DNA of 64,000 bases, taken from assembly GCA_965215185.1 (NCBI GenBank), contig OZ244034.1, positions 128,001 through 192,000 of the forward strand. The letters run 5' to 3'. Source of the stretch: Acidimicrobiia bacterium. GTDB taxonomy: Bacteria; Actinomycetota; Acidimicrobiia; Spongiisociales; ZC4RG35. Position numbers and translations under genes: made by a program. This document shows, piece by piece, positions 1 to 8,821 of this stretch (position 1 is the stretch's first letter; each line of letters opens with the position of its first letter). The notes beneath the pieces are model-generated. The model was not told where the DNA came from and ran no database searches. It saw only the letters and a list, made by a program, of their open reading frames with translations.

Positions 1-956
1 CACCGCTGCTCCACCAGGTAGCGAAAGACGCTCTCCAGGGAGTCATCCTCTGCAGACACGGCGGTGACCAGGGAGTCGGTCTGTAGCGCCGCGACTGCGA
101 TGTCGAGCCCGAGGGCGCCGGCGTCGCTGGTTTTGATCTCGACCCCGGCCGGGTCAACGCGCACAGCTTCTACCCAATCCCCAACCAGGAGCCGCCGAGC
201 CAGTTCCCGTGGCCGGTCGGTGGTGATCCGGATCAGGCGCGGGGTGTCGGACATGGCGTCGCGAATGGCGCCAACGGATCCCGCCGCCGCAACGCGGCCG
301 TTGACCATGGCGACCACTCTCCCGGCCATGCGCTCGACCTCGGCCAGCACGTGGGACGAGACGATGATGGTCCTGCCCTCCCTCCCCAGTTGTACGAAGA
401 GTTCGATCAGGCGGCCGCGCTGGACCGGATCGGTTCCGTTGAGGGGTTCGTCCAGGATCAGGACCTGCGGATCGTGGACGAGAGCGGCCGCGACCTTGGC
501 CCGCTGGCGCATACCCTTCGAGAATCCCGAGAGGGATCGGTCGGCGGCTTCAGTGAGTTGGACGGTCCCCAGCGCCCGTTGAGCGGCAACCTTCGCGTCG
601 CGTACCTTGGAAAGCGCCGCGCTCCATTCGACGAAGCGGCGGGCGCTCATGTGGTTGTAGACCGCTTCGTCTTCGGGGACGAAGCCCACGTGTCGGTAGA
701 CGCCGTGCTGCTTCCTCGGGGTCAGGCCCAGGATGGTTGCTTTGCCGGCCGACGGTGACAGCAAACCGGCCAGCACCCTCAGCAGGGTGGTCTTGCCGGC
801 GCCGTTGGGTCCCAGAAGCCCCGTTACCCCCGGTCCGAAGGAGCAGCTCACCTCCGAGACCGCCACCTTCTGTCCGAACCACTTCGAGAGGTCGGTGGCA
901 ACCACCGTGGCGTCGGAAACGTCTCGAGCGTCCATTGGGTGAGGCGCGCTCGTCAT
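1..956 (-). CDS. ABC-2 type transporter ATP-binding protein (stop codon just outside the window)
   Basis: Not in the ORF track. Manual translation from ATG 956 (ATGA overlap with the upstream stop) gives Walker A GPNGAGKTT, signature FSKGMRQR, Walker B LILDEP, H-loop SSH and C-terminal SLESVFRYL. Confidence 0.9.
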   Translation of the reverse strand, partial: MTSAPHPMDARDVSDATVVATDLSKWFGQKVAVSEVSCSFGPGVTGLLGPNGAGKTTLLRVLAGLLSPSAGKATILGLTPRKQHGVYRHVGFVPEDEAVYNHMSARRFVEWSAALSKVRDAKVAAQRALGTVQLTEAADRSLSGFSKGMRQRAKVAAALVHDPQVLILDEPLNGTDPVQRGRLIELFVQLGREGRTIIVSSHVLAEVERMAGRVVAMVNGRVAAAGSVGAIRDAMSDTPRLIRITTDRPRELARRLLVGDWVEAVRVDPAGVEIKTSDAGALGLDIAVAALQTDSLVTAVSAEDDSLESVFRYLVEQR

Positions 957-1870
957 GTCAGCTTCCGGTATCGCCAGCCCACCAGGAGCACGCTGATGAT
1001 CGCCAGGCCCATCACCACCATGAGGGAGGCTTCGGGGCCGAAGCCTCCCTGGGCCGGGATCACGATGGACGAGTCCAGGTCGAAGATCCAGTCACGGACA
1101 TATCGCGGGTGCTGTTCCAGCGCGAGCAAAGAGGTCCACCGGGTGCCGGGCGTTGAGCTTGTTTCCTGGAAGATGCGGGCGATGAGGTTGAGGCCCAGCA
1201 GCACGGCGATGAACCCCGCCGCGGCTGTACCTACCCGGTTGGCGAATGAGGCGGCCAGGAAGGTCAGCGAGGCATGCAGCGTGAAGTAGACGAGCGCGGC
1301 CGCGGGGACTTTCCACAGGATGTCGGTGGTTCCTCCCAAGTAGGAGAGGAACCCGGTTGGCGAAAGGGCGGCGTATCCCAGGTGGAGAAGCAGTTGCGGG
1401 ACCAGCCAGAAGCTCAGGATGACCGTGGCATAGGTCACTGCTTTCGCCACCAGGTAGTCGCGCACGATCAGAGGTCTCGAGAAGTAGACGTTCAGTACTC
1501 CCTGGGTGCGATCGGGAATCAGCAATTGGGGGCCGGTGTAGGCGGCGAAAAGCAGGGCGATGTTCGATATGAAGTCGAAGTATCCGCCGTACCGGGGGAA
1601 CAGCTCCGAGGTGTCCAGCGAAACGGGAAGGGTCGATGAGATCCATTCGACTGCGATCAAGATCACCGCCGACGCCAGCGCCAGCGCGATGAGCGTCCAC
1701 GGGAACAATTTGCGTTTTGCTTTTCGCCGCAGCCCCAGTACCCGCCGGTATCCTTCCCTGATAATCGCCTTCATGGCTCCGCGCCGCCCAGTGCGGGGCC
1801 CGTGGTAACTGCGGTAGCCGCGATCGAGGATGATCGCCGGGTCGTGACTGCTCATCGGGGTATCAGCCAT
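953..1870 (-). CDS. ABC-2 type transporter permease
   Basis: Several hydrophobic segments and a DRTQGVLNVYFSRPL motif typical of ABC-2 permeases. It lies between two ABC ATPases. Start set at ATG 1870, overlapping the upstream stop. Confidence 0.85.
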   Translation of the reverse strand: MADTPMSSHDPAIILDRGYRSYHGPRTGRRGAMKAIIREGYRRVLGLRRKAKRKLFPWTLIALALASAVILIAVEWISSTLPVSLDTSELFPRYGGYFDFISNIALLFAAYTGPQLLIPDRTQGVLNVYFSRPLIVRDYLVAKAVTYATVILSFWLVPQLLLHLGYAALSPTGFLSYLGGTTDILWKVPAAALVYFTLHASLTFLAASFANRVGTAAAGFIAVLLGLNLIARIFQETSSTPGTRWTSLLALEQHPRYVRDWIFDLDSSIVIPAQGGFGPEASLMVVMGLAIISVLLVGWRYRKLT

Positions 1871-2807
1871 TCGATTGTTTCGTTGCCGCCACAAACACGT
1901 CTTCCAGACTTCTCAGATCGGTGCCCATTTCGCGGACCGATGAGCCAGAAGCCGCCAGCGCATCACGCACCGCGATGAACACGTTTTCCGAGGAGCTTAT
2001 GGCCGTCACGACCCGACCGGCGTAGGTGACCTCGACGCCCCGTGCGGTGAGGGCGGCTACCAGCGGCAGGGGATCCCCGAAGACCTCCACCGACACCGCA
2101 GTGCCGTCGCTGGGAGGATCGAGAGGGGCTGAGCGGAGCAACCGGCCGCCATCCAGCATCACCACCCAGTCGCAGGTTTGCTCGACATCGTCCAAGAGGT
2201 GGGATGAAAAGAGCACGCTCATGCCGAACTCACGGAAGCGGTGGATGACCTCCAGCATCTGGTCGCGCCCTGCGGGATCAAGACCGGAGGCAGGCTCGTC
2301 GAGGAGCACCAACCTGGGATCGTGCACGATGCTCTGGGCCAGTTTCACGCGTTGCTGCATGCCGGTCGAGAAGTCCCCGATGTAGCGGAATCGTTCCTCG
2401 TGCAGTCCCACCAGAAATAGGGTTTCCGACGCCCGGCGGCGGGCTTCGGTCGATGGGATTCCGGCCAGTTCTGCGGCGAATGCCACGAAGTCGGCCGCCG
2501 TCTGGTCACGGGGGAGGCAATTTCCCTCCGGCATGTAACCGATCCTGGCTCGCAGACCGGCGGCATCTTTGGCGACCGGAGTTCCGAACACCGCAACATG
2601 CCCGGAGGTTGGTGCGGTCAACCCCAACAACAATCTGATCAGGGTGGTCTTGCCCGCCCCGTTGGCCCCTACCAGCCCGGTAATGCCGGATGGGACGGTG
2701 AGATCGACCCCGGCGAGAGCGCGGACATCCCCGAAGTGTTTGTGGAGGTTCCTGGTTTCGATGATCGGCGCGTCGGCAACTGCAGGTCCGGTCGGTCCGT
2801 TGCTCAC
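1863..2807 (-). CDS. ABC-2 type transporter ATP-binding protein
   Basis: GANGAGKTT, FSTGMQQR, LVLLDEP and SSH motifs. Confidence 0.93.
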   Translation of the reverse strand: MSNGPTGPAVADAPIIETRNLHKHFGDVRALAGVDLTVPSGITGLVGANGAGKTTLIRLLLGLTAPTSGHVAVFGTPVAKDAAGLRARIGYMPEGNCLPRDQTAADFVAFAAELAGIPSTEARRRASETLFLVGLHEERFRYIGDFSTGMQQRVKLAQSIVHDPRLVLLDEPASGLDPAGRDQMLEVIHRFREFGMSVLFSSHLLDDVEQTCDWVVMLDGGRLLRSAPLDPPSDGTAVSVEVFGDPLPLVAALTARGVEVTYAGRVVTAISSSENVFIAVRDALAASGSSVREMGTDLRSLEDVFVAATKQSNG

Positions 2808-2809
2808 GA

Positions 2810-2936
2810 TCGTCGGCGCCGCCGGGGGTCCATCTGGCCGAACTTAGCCCCTTTGCTGAGGAGCACCGACTTGGGATCATGCACGATGCTCTCGGCCAAC
2901 TTCACGCGTTGGTGCATACCGGCTTGAGAAGTTCCG
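2810..2936 (-). pseudogene. Degenerate fragment of an ABC ATPase (signature to Walker B region)
   Basis: 2858-2936 aligns by eye with 2301-2378. It translates as NFS/AGMHQRVKLAESIVHDPKSVLL versus DFSTGMQQRVKLAQSIVHDPRLVLL, with a 1-nt insertion. Confidence 0.75.
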
Positions 2937-2941
2937 GGCTG

Positions 2942-4093
2942 CTAGGCGAAGGTAAGAAGGCGGCGGGGGTTTTCGATGAGGATCTGGTCGATCAAGCTCT
3001 GGTCAAATCCCTTGTAGCGCATCAGTTGCTGGACGGTTTCGGGTATGTGCTGCCAGCCGTGTCCACCGTATTTGCGCTGCCAGTGTTGTAGGGCAAGATC
3101 CGATGAAATGAGCAATTGATCTTGGTGACCGGCTTCGGCGACGGCCATCAGGTAGTTGAGCCGTATGGCGTCGTTGGCCACGTCCACGGGGCCGCGTTGT
3201 CGGTAGGACGGTTCCCATCCGAAAGTGTCGATGGAAAGGTTCACCCCGGTGGCCGCCAACTCCAGGAAGGGGGCCGGATCGAAGGAGTGGGGAGCAGGCC
3301 GGGAAGGAAGGCGGTGCTCCAAGTGACAGATAATGGTCCGGGAGAGATCTCCGCCCTCTTCCTCAACGATCCGTACGGTGTCCCAGATTGATGCGGCGCT
3401 GAACCCGGGATGGATGGAGAGCGCCGCGCCTGTCTCCTTTTGGGAGCGGATAGAGGCTCGAAGGGCTTTCTCTTCGTTGGGATGAAGCGGCCAGGTCAGT
3501 CCCACCTCTCCGATGATTCCCGCTTTGATGCCTCCCGCCACTCCCTGGGTGATGTCGCCGGTGATCAGTTCCTGAACCCTGGAGATGTCCAGTTCCGACA
3601 TATTGGAGGGGTGAAACTCGTAGGCATAAAAGCCGCTGCCCATCACTATGTGGACACCGGTTGCTCGGGCTATCTGGGCCAAACCCCGAGGATCGCGGGC
3701 CAGCCCCCGGGGGGTCTGGTCGACCAGGCAGGTTCCGCCGTGGCGTTTGAAGAGATTTGCCTCGTAGATAACGTCGTCAATATCGGTGATCCGGTAATCG
3801 CCGTAATAGAACCAGTGGCGGGCAATGTCCCCGCGGTTCTCCAGGGTGACGGGCTGTCCCCATTTGGCGGTCCAAGTGGCTGCCACTCCCGGGCCGTCCT
3901 GTCCCCGTTCCCATCCCGCCTCGGGGATCTCCCCGGCCTTCTTGGCGGATTCGCCCGAGTTGATCAGGGCCGTGGCGGAGGACTGCCCCATGGTCATGTC
4001 GATGAGTACGTGTTCATGGGGGAGGGTTATGCCGAGAACGTCGGGAGAGATAGTTCCCAGGACCGTTTGCACCTTGCCGTTTTGGGTAGTCAT
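2942..4093 (-). CDS. Phosphotriesterase-family amidohydrolase (PHP/PTER-like)
   Basis: GKVQTVLG...TLPHEH start, GIIGEVG (Glu bridging ligand), SIHPG, ICHL, ISSD and terminal ENPRRLL. Start trimmed to MTTQNGK at 4093. Confidence 0.9.
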   Translation of the reverse strand: MTTQNGKVQTVLGTISPDVLGITLPHEHVLIDMTMGQSSATALINSGESAKKAGEIPEAGWERGQDGPGVAATWTAKWGQPVTLENRGDIARHWFYYGDYRITDIDDVIYEANLFKRHGGTCLVDQTPRGLARDPRGLAQIARATGVHIVMGSGFYAYEFHPSNMSELDISRVQELITGDITQGVAGGIKAGIIGEVGLTWPLHPNEEKALRASIRSQKETGAALSIHPGFSAASIWDTVRIVEEEGGDLSRTIICHLEHRLPSRPAPHSFDPAPFLELAATGVNLSIDTFGWEPSYRQRGPVDVANDAIRLNYLMAVAEAGHQDQLLISSDLALQHWQRKYGGHGWQHIPETVQQLMRYKGFDQSLIDQILIENPRRLLTFA

Positions 4094-4252
4094 GCCCGCC
4101 ATTCTACGGGAGGACAACTGTGGGAGAGACCCGCTCTCGATGCTATATATGATGATTTCCACGAGGCCGGGTCGACTTGGCGAGCCAAGAAGTGTTTAGC
4201 CGGGGCGATCCGGCATTATCGGCGGACGCGGAAAGGAGTCGAGTCGGTAGCA

Positions 4253-5308
4253 ATGAGGGTGGAGCGACTGATACAGGCTGTGGATCTGCACGCTGCCGGA
4301 GAGCACGGACGGGTGATCGTGGGCGGTGTGTTGGATGTGCCCGGCGCCTCGATGTTCGAGAAGATGCAGTATCTGGAGCAGCATGCCGACGGACTTCGCA
4401 AGCTCATGCTCCGCGAGCCGCGCGGCTACCCGGCCGCCAATTGCAACCTGGTGCTTCCTCCTACCGTGCCGGAGGCTGACGCCGGGTTTGTGATTATGGA
4501 GCAGACCGAATACCCACCCATGTCGGGAACTAACGCCATATGTACCGTGACCGCCCTGATTGAAACCGGGATGGTTCGCTCACGGGAACCGGTGACTGAA
4601 CTCACTTTGGAGACTCCGGCCGGACTGATCGAGGTGGAGGCTCGGGTGGAGGGGGGCAAGGTCACGGGGGTGACCTTTGAAAACGTGCCGGCCTTCGCCG
4701 TTCACCTGGGCGCCACGGTGGAGATTCCCACGCTGGGAGAAGTGGAGGTGGATGTGGCTTGGGGTGGGATGTTCTTCGCCATAGCCGACGCCCGCCGCTT
4801 TGGGCTTTCCATCAATCCCGAAAACGGCGCCGAATTGGTGCGCATCGGAGCGATGATCAAACAGGCCGCCCGTGAGCAGTTGGAAACAGTCCATCCCGAA
4901 AACCCCGAGATCCGCCAAGCCAGCATCGGCCAACTCACCGAGCCTTTCGATCCGACGACCGGCAAGGCCAAGAACGCGGTCACCGTGGCGACGGGTGACC
5001 TTGATTGGGACCGGCCCGAGACATGGACGGGAGCTCTGGACCGCTCCCCATGCGGTACTGGCACCTCAGCGCGGATGGCGGTTCTTCATGCCCGCGGAGA
5101 GCTGGGTATCGGGCAGGCGTTTCATCACTACGGGCCGCTCGACACCGTCTTCACTGGGCGGTTGATCAGGGAGACAACAGTGGGAGGAACCTCGGCGGTG
5201 ATTCCCACTATCAGCGGCGCGGCGTGGATCACCGGTCTCGCCCAGTACGTGGTGGATCCGAGCGACCCGTTTCCCGAAGGTTTCACGATCGGCGACATCT
5301 GGGGGTGA
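4253..5308 (+). CDS. Proline racemase family protein (Ser/Cys active-site type)
   Basis: REPRG, MSGTN (in place of MCGH), DRSPCGTGTSA and DPFPEGF motifs. Start ATG 4253, with AAGGAG upstream, inside the longer 3410 ORF. Confidence 0.9.
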   Translation: MRVERLIQAVDLHAAGEHGRVIVGGVLDVPGASMFEKMQYLEQHADGLRKLMLREPRGYPAANCNLVLPPTVPEADAGFVIMEQTEYPPMSGTNAICTVTALIETGMVRSREPVTELTLETPAGLIEVEARVEGGKVTGVTFENVPAFAVHLGATVEIPTLGEVEVDVAWGGMFFAIADARRFGLSINPENGAELVRIGAMIKQAAREQLETVHPENPEIRQASIGQLTEPFDPTTGKAKNAVTVATGDLDWDRPETWTGALDRSPCGTGTSARMAVLHARGELGIGQAFHHYGPLDTVFTGRLIRETTVGGTSAVIPTISGAAWITGLAQYVVDPSDPFPEGFTIGDIWG

Positions 5309-5342
5309 TGTCCGCTCCTCGCTTCATCTATTAAAGATCGCT

Positions 5343-5380
5343 TCCGCCTCCAGGTCCAAAGCCGGAGGTGGACCCTTTTT
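5343..5380 (+). terminator. Probable intrinsic terminator
   Basis: Stem tccgcctcc/ggaggtgga followed by cccttttt, downstream of the racemase gene. Confidence 0.45.
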
Positions 5381-5519
5381 CCATGATCGTCGTGGGTAAG
5401 GGGACGGTTGAGGATAAACCACAGCGCCCCACCCTCCGCTCCAAGGAGCCCTTTCAGACATCTGGAGCCGATCTGAATACCGCCCCTATGTGTTTCCAGC
5501 GGCGACATAGGCAAAATGA

Positions 5520-5666
5520 GTTGAATGGTATAAGCAAATAAATTGTGAATAATATGCAAGCGGGGAAGATTTACCGGTACGCTGACCTATAGGTTCCGGG
5601 ACCATCTCCGACTACTTGTTGATCATGACTCTCCGGAAAATGTGACGGTTTAGTTTCTATAAGGAG
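5520..5666 (+). promoter_or_regulatory. AT-rich amtB promoter region with a partial GlnR-like box
   Basis: Strongly AT-rich tract at 5520-5560. GTGAC-n6-GTTTC at 5642-5657 reads GAAAC-n6-GTCAC on the minus strand. RBS AAGGAG at 5661-5666. Confidence 0.35.
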
Positions 5667-5672
5667 TTGTTC

Positions 5673-6893
5673 ATGATTGCTGGTGATACAGCGTGGATTA
5701 TTGTTGCCACGGCCCTTGTTCTGTTTATGACCCTGCCGGGTCTGGCGTTGTTCTATGCCGGCCTGGTGCGTTCGAGGTCGGCTTTGTCCGTGATGATGCA
5801 ATGCGTCTCTATTACCGCTCTGGCCAGCGTTTTGTGGTTGGTCCTGGGCTATACCCTGTCTTTTGGCGACAGTCAGGGCGGCATCGTCGGCGGGCTGGGC
5901 AAGGTCTTTTTCGCCGGTGTTCAAGGATCCCAATCGGGCACCATACCCGAGATAGTTTTCGCCATCTTCCAGATGACCTTTGCCATCATCACCCCGGCGC
6001 TGATCGTGGGCGCCTATGTGGAGCGAATCAAGTTCTCATCAGTTCTCATCTTCAGCAGTGCATGGCTCCTGTTGGTCTACTCGCCCATTTGTCATTGGGT
6101 CTGGGGAGGCGGATGGTTGGGCGAGTTGGGAATCATGGACTTCGCCGGCGGTTTGGTGGTCCATGCCAGCGCCGGATCGGCGGCCCTGGTGGTCGCCGCC
6201 GTGCTGGGAGCACGGCGGGGCTTCCCCGACAAGATCAAACCCCCGCACAATCCCGGCATGACTGCGGCGGGGGCGGCGATGCTCTGGGTAGGTTGGTTCG
6301 GGTTCAACGGAGGCAGTCAACTCGCCGCCGACGGCGGAGCCGGCCTGGCGATCGCCGCTACGCACTTTGCCGCGGTGGGCGCGGCCATTACCTGGTCGGT
6401 AATCGAATGGAAGAAAGTGGGCAAGCCTTCGCTGGTCGGCATGGTCACCGGTGTGATCGCGGGCCTGGCGACCGTTACTCCTGCTTCCGGTTTCATCAGC
6501 CCGGTCGGCGGCCTGCTGCTGGGCGCGGTCGCAGGCGTGGTGTGTTACTACGCAGTCGATCTGGTGAAGGGGAAATGGAATATCGACGATTCGCTGGACG
6601 TGTTCGCCGTGCACGGTGTTGGCGGGGCGCTGGGCACGTTGCTGGTGGCGGTGCTGGCCCTGGACAGCCTCGGGGGCGGCGGCCTGTCGGTCTCCAGCGG
6701 CGGCTTTGGCGCCCAGATCGGCGTGCAGGCGCTGGGGGTGCTCGCCACTCTCGTCTGGTCGGGCGGTGTCACATTCATAATCGTGAAGGTCACCGCCAGG
6801 CTCACCGGCGGGTTGCGGGTCGACTCCGAAGATGAGATGGCCGGTCTTGACCAAGCCCTCCACGGCGAGCAGGCCTATGACCTGGAGTCGTAA
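5673..6893 (+). CDS. amtB: Ammonium transporter
   Basis: FQMTFAIITPAL, DFAGGLVVH, WVGWFGFNGGS and DDSLDVFAVHG (twin His retained). Start ATG 5673 follows AAGGAG. Confidence 0.96.
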   Translation: MIAGDTAWIIVATALVLFMTLPGLALFYAGLVRSRSALSVMMQCVSITALASVLWLVLGYTLSFGDSQGGIVGGLGKVFFAGVQGSQSGTIPEIVFAIFQMTFAIITPALIVGAYVERIKFSSVLIFSSAWLLLVYSPICHWVWGGGWLGELGIMDFAGGLVVHASAGSAALVVAAVLGARRGFPDKIKPPHNPGMTAAGAAMLWVGWFGFNGGSQLAADGGAGLAIAATHFAAVGAAITWSVIEWKKVGKPSLVGMVTGVIAGLATVTPASGFISPVGGLLLGAVAGVVCYYAVDLVKGKWNIDDSLDVFAVHGVGGALGTLLVAVLALDSLGGGGLSVSSGGFGAQIGVQALGVLATLVWSGGVTFIIVKVTARLTGGLRVDSEDEMAGLDQALHGEQAYDLES

Positions 6894-6917
6894 GAAACAA
6901 GCTATATAACGAAAATC

Positions 6918-6952
6918 CGAAAGCAGTCCGCCAATTTCGCGGGCTGCTTTCG
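6918..6952. terminator. Hairpin terminator between convergent amtB and crotonase genes
   Basis: cgaaagcagtccgc / gcgggctgctttcg inverted repeat. Confidence 0.7.
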
Positions 6953-6953
6953 T

Positions 6954-7802
6954 TTATTCCGACGCCAGATCCCGGGCGATGGAGCGAGGGTTCTGGCCCC
7001 CAATGTGGTCGTCGGAGGTAAGGGCGCTGTGGGCGTGCGCCACCTGGTGCAGCCCGAAGGCCGTGGACATCCCGTCCCGCAGGCCCATGCGGTTCTCGAC
7101 CGCGTTGAGAGCCCGCTTGGCAAGCGCCACCCCGAACCGGGGCCGGGCCGCGCACCTCTCCGCCAACCGGGCGGTGGCGTCTCGCAGCTGATCACGGGGC
7201 ACCACCCGGTTGACCATTCCCACCTCGTAGGCGCGGGCGGCAGACATGCGATCGCCCACCAGCAGAAATTCCCGGGCGATGCGAGTGGACATCACGAACT
7301 GGTGGGCGAAATACTCGATGCCGGGGATGCCCATCCTCACCACCGGATCGGCGAAATAGGCGTCGTCCGAGGCCACGATCAGGTCAGCCGGCCATATCAG
7401 GGAAAGGCCCCCCGCCACACAAGCTCCGTGCACCATTGCTATCAGGGGTTTGGGATGGTCTCTCCAGCGAAGCGGGATGGAGAGATAAGCCTCGTCCTCC
7501 CGTACCAGGATGGTCTCCGCTCCCTCCTTGTCGGAGTGGTCGTACCAGGTGGTGGCGACTCTCGGGAAGGGCTTCTCAAGATCACGGCCAGGGCTTCCCA
7601 GGTCATGGCCGGAACAGAAGTGAGGCCCGGCCCCGCCGATCACCACCGCTCCCACACCGTCGTCGGACGCAGCCTGCGTCAACGCTTTATCCAAAGCGTT
7701 GATCAGAGCGACATTGAGGGCGTTTCGATACCGGGGACGGTTAAGGGTGAGCCACATCACCGATCCCACTTGTTGGGAGAGGAGCACCGGTTCAGGCGTC
7801 AT
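6954..7802 (-). CDS. Enoyl-CoA hydratase/crotonase family protein
   Basis: TLNRP..RNAL, FCSGHDL, KPLIAMVHGACVAGG and ADLIVAS motifs. Confidence 0.9.
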   Translation of the reverse strand: MTPEPVLLSQQVGSVMWLTLNRPRYRNALNVALINALDKALTQAASDDGVGAVVIGGAGPHFCSGHDLGSPGRDLEKPFPRVATTWYDHSDKEGAETILVREDEAYLSIPLRWRDHPKPLIAMVHGACVAGGLSLIWPADLIVASDDAYFADPVVRMGIPGIEYFAHQFVMSTRIAREFLLVGDRMSAARAYEVGMVNRVVPRDQLRDATARLAERCAARPRFGVALAKRALNAVENRMGLRDGMSTAFGLHQVAHAHSALTSDDHIGGQNPRSIARDLASE

Positions 7803-8814
7803 GGACTAACCTGATCAGCCTTCTCCCGCGGTTCTCCCCCCAGAAAAGTCCCACAAAGGCCCCGGGGGCGTTCTCGAAACCTTCGATGATCTCCTCCCTG
7901 AAAACCAATCGGTCTCCCACTATCCACTCTCTCATCTCGGCCATGGCCTGGCGAAAGCGGGGGAGAAAGTCCCACACAACGAACCCGGTCATGGTGATCC
8001 GCCGATTGATCATCTCACCTACCGCCCGGATTCCCCGAGGGTCGGTGCGGGCATATTCGCTTATCTGGCCAGAAATCGCTACTCGCCCCCCTTGACTCAT
8101 GTTGACCAGAGCGGCGTCCAGCGTCTCACCTCCCACATTGTCGAAGTAAACATCCACCCCCTCGGGGCAAACCCGAGCGATGCCAGCCGCCAGGTCGGGT
8201 TCGGCCCGATAATCAATGCAGGCGTCGGCGCCCAGTTCCTCTGTGACCAGGCTGCACTTTTGTTCCGATCCGACTATCCCCACAACCCGGCATTCCAGAT
8301 TGCGGGCAACTTGAACGGCGGTGCTGCCCACTGCCCCGGCTGCCGAGGACACCAGCACAGTTTCCCCGGGCTGGGCTTCGGCCACCAGGCGCATGCCGAA
8401 ATAGGCGGTAAGTCCAGAGACTCCCAACGCTCCGATAGCGGCACGCTCGGAGATGGGAGCGCTGAAAATGTTGGGGTCCAAACGGAGCACGCCGCGACCA
8501 GAGGAGACATAGCTCTCTCGCCAGCCGTTGGCGCAGCTAACCCGATCTCCAACCGCGAAGCGGGGATTTCGGGATTCGGTGACTACCCCCACCGAAAAGC
8601 CGTCGATGACCTCTCCCGGTTGAAGGCGGGGAGCGTAGCTGTCCCGGGTCAGGCGATCCAGCACACCAGGATCAACCGAGACGAAGGTATTGCGGACCAT
8701 GATCTTTCCCTCGCCCACCTCCGGGAGATCTTTAGTCACCAGTTGGAAGTTGTCGGGGGTCGGTGCTCCTTGGGGAGTCGAGGCCAGCACCCAGGATCGA
8801 CTTGAAGACATCAT
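7792..8814 (-). CDS. NADP-dependent alkenal/one reductase (CurA/PTGR-like MDR)
   Basis: VSVDP, GLTAYFG, SAAGAVGS, DVYFDNVGG and GQISEY motifs. Confidence 0.9.
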   Translation of the reverse strand: MMSSSRSWVLASTPQGAPTPDNFQLVTKDLPEVGEGKIMVRNTFVSVDPGVLDRLTRDSYAPRLQPGEVIDGFSVGVVTESRNPRFAVGDRVSCANGWRESYVSSGRGVLRLDPNIFSAPISERAAIGALGVSGLTAYFGMRLVAEAQPGETVLVSSAAGAVGSTAVQVARNLECRVVGIVGSEQKCSLVTEELGADACIDYRAEPDLAAGIARVCPEGVDVYFDNVGGETLDAALVNMSQGGRVAISGQISEYARTDPRGIRAVGEMINRRITMTGFVVWDFLPRFRQAMAEMREWIVGDRLVFREEIIEGFENAPGAFVGLFWGENRGRRLIRLVHDA

Positions 8815-8821
8815 TGCTGTT

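Noticed and set aside
3410-4252. 281-codon N-terminal extension of the proline racemase ORF
   Set aside because: It is the antisense shadow of the phosphotriesterase gene. Family similarity and an RBS begin at 4253.
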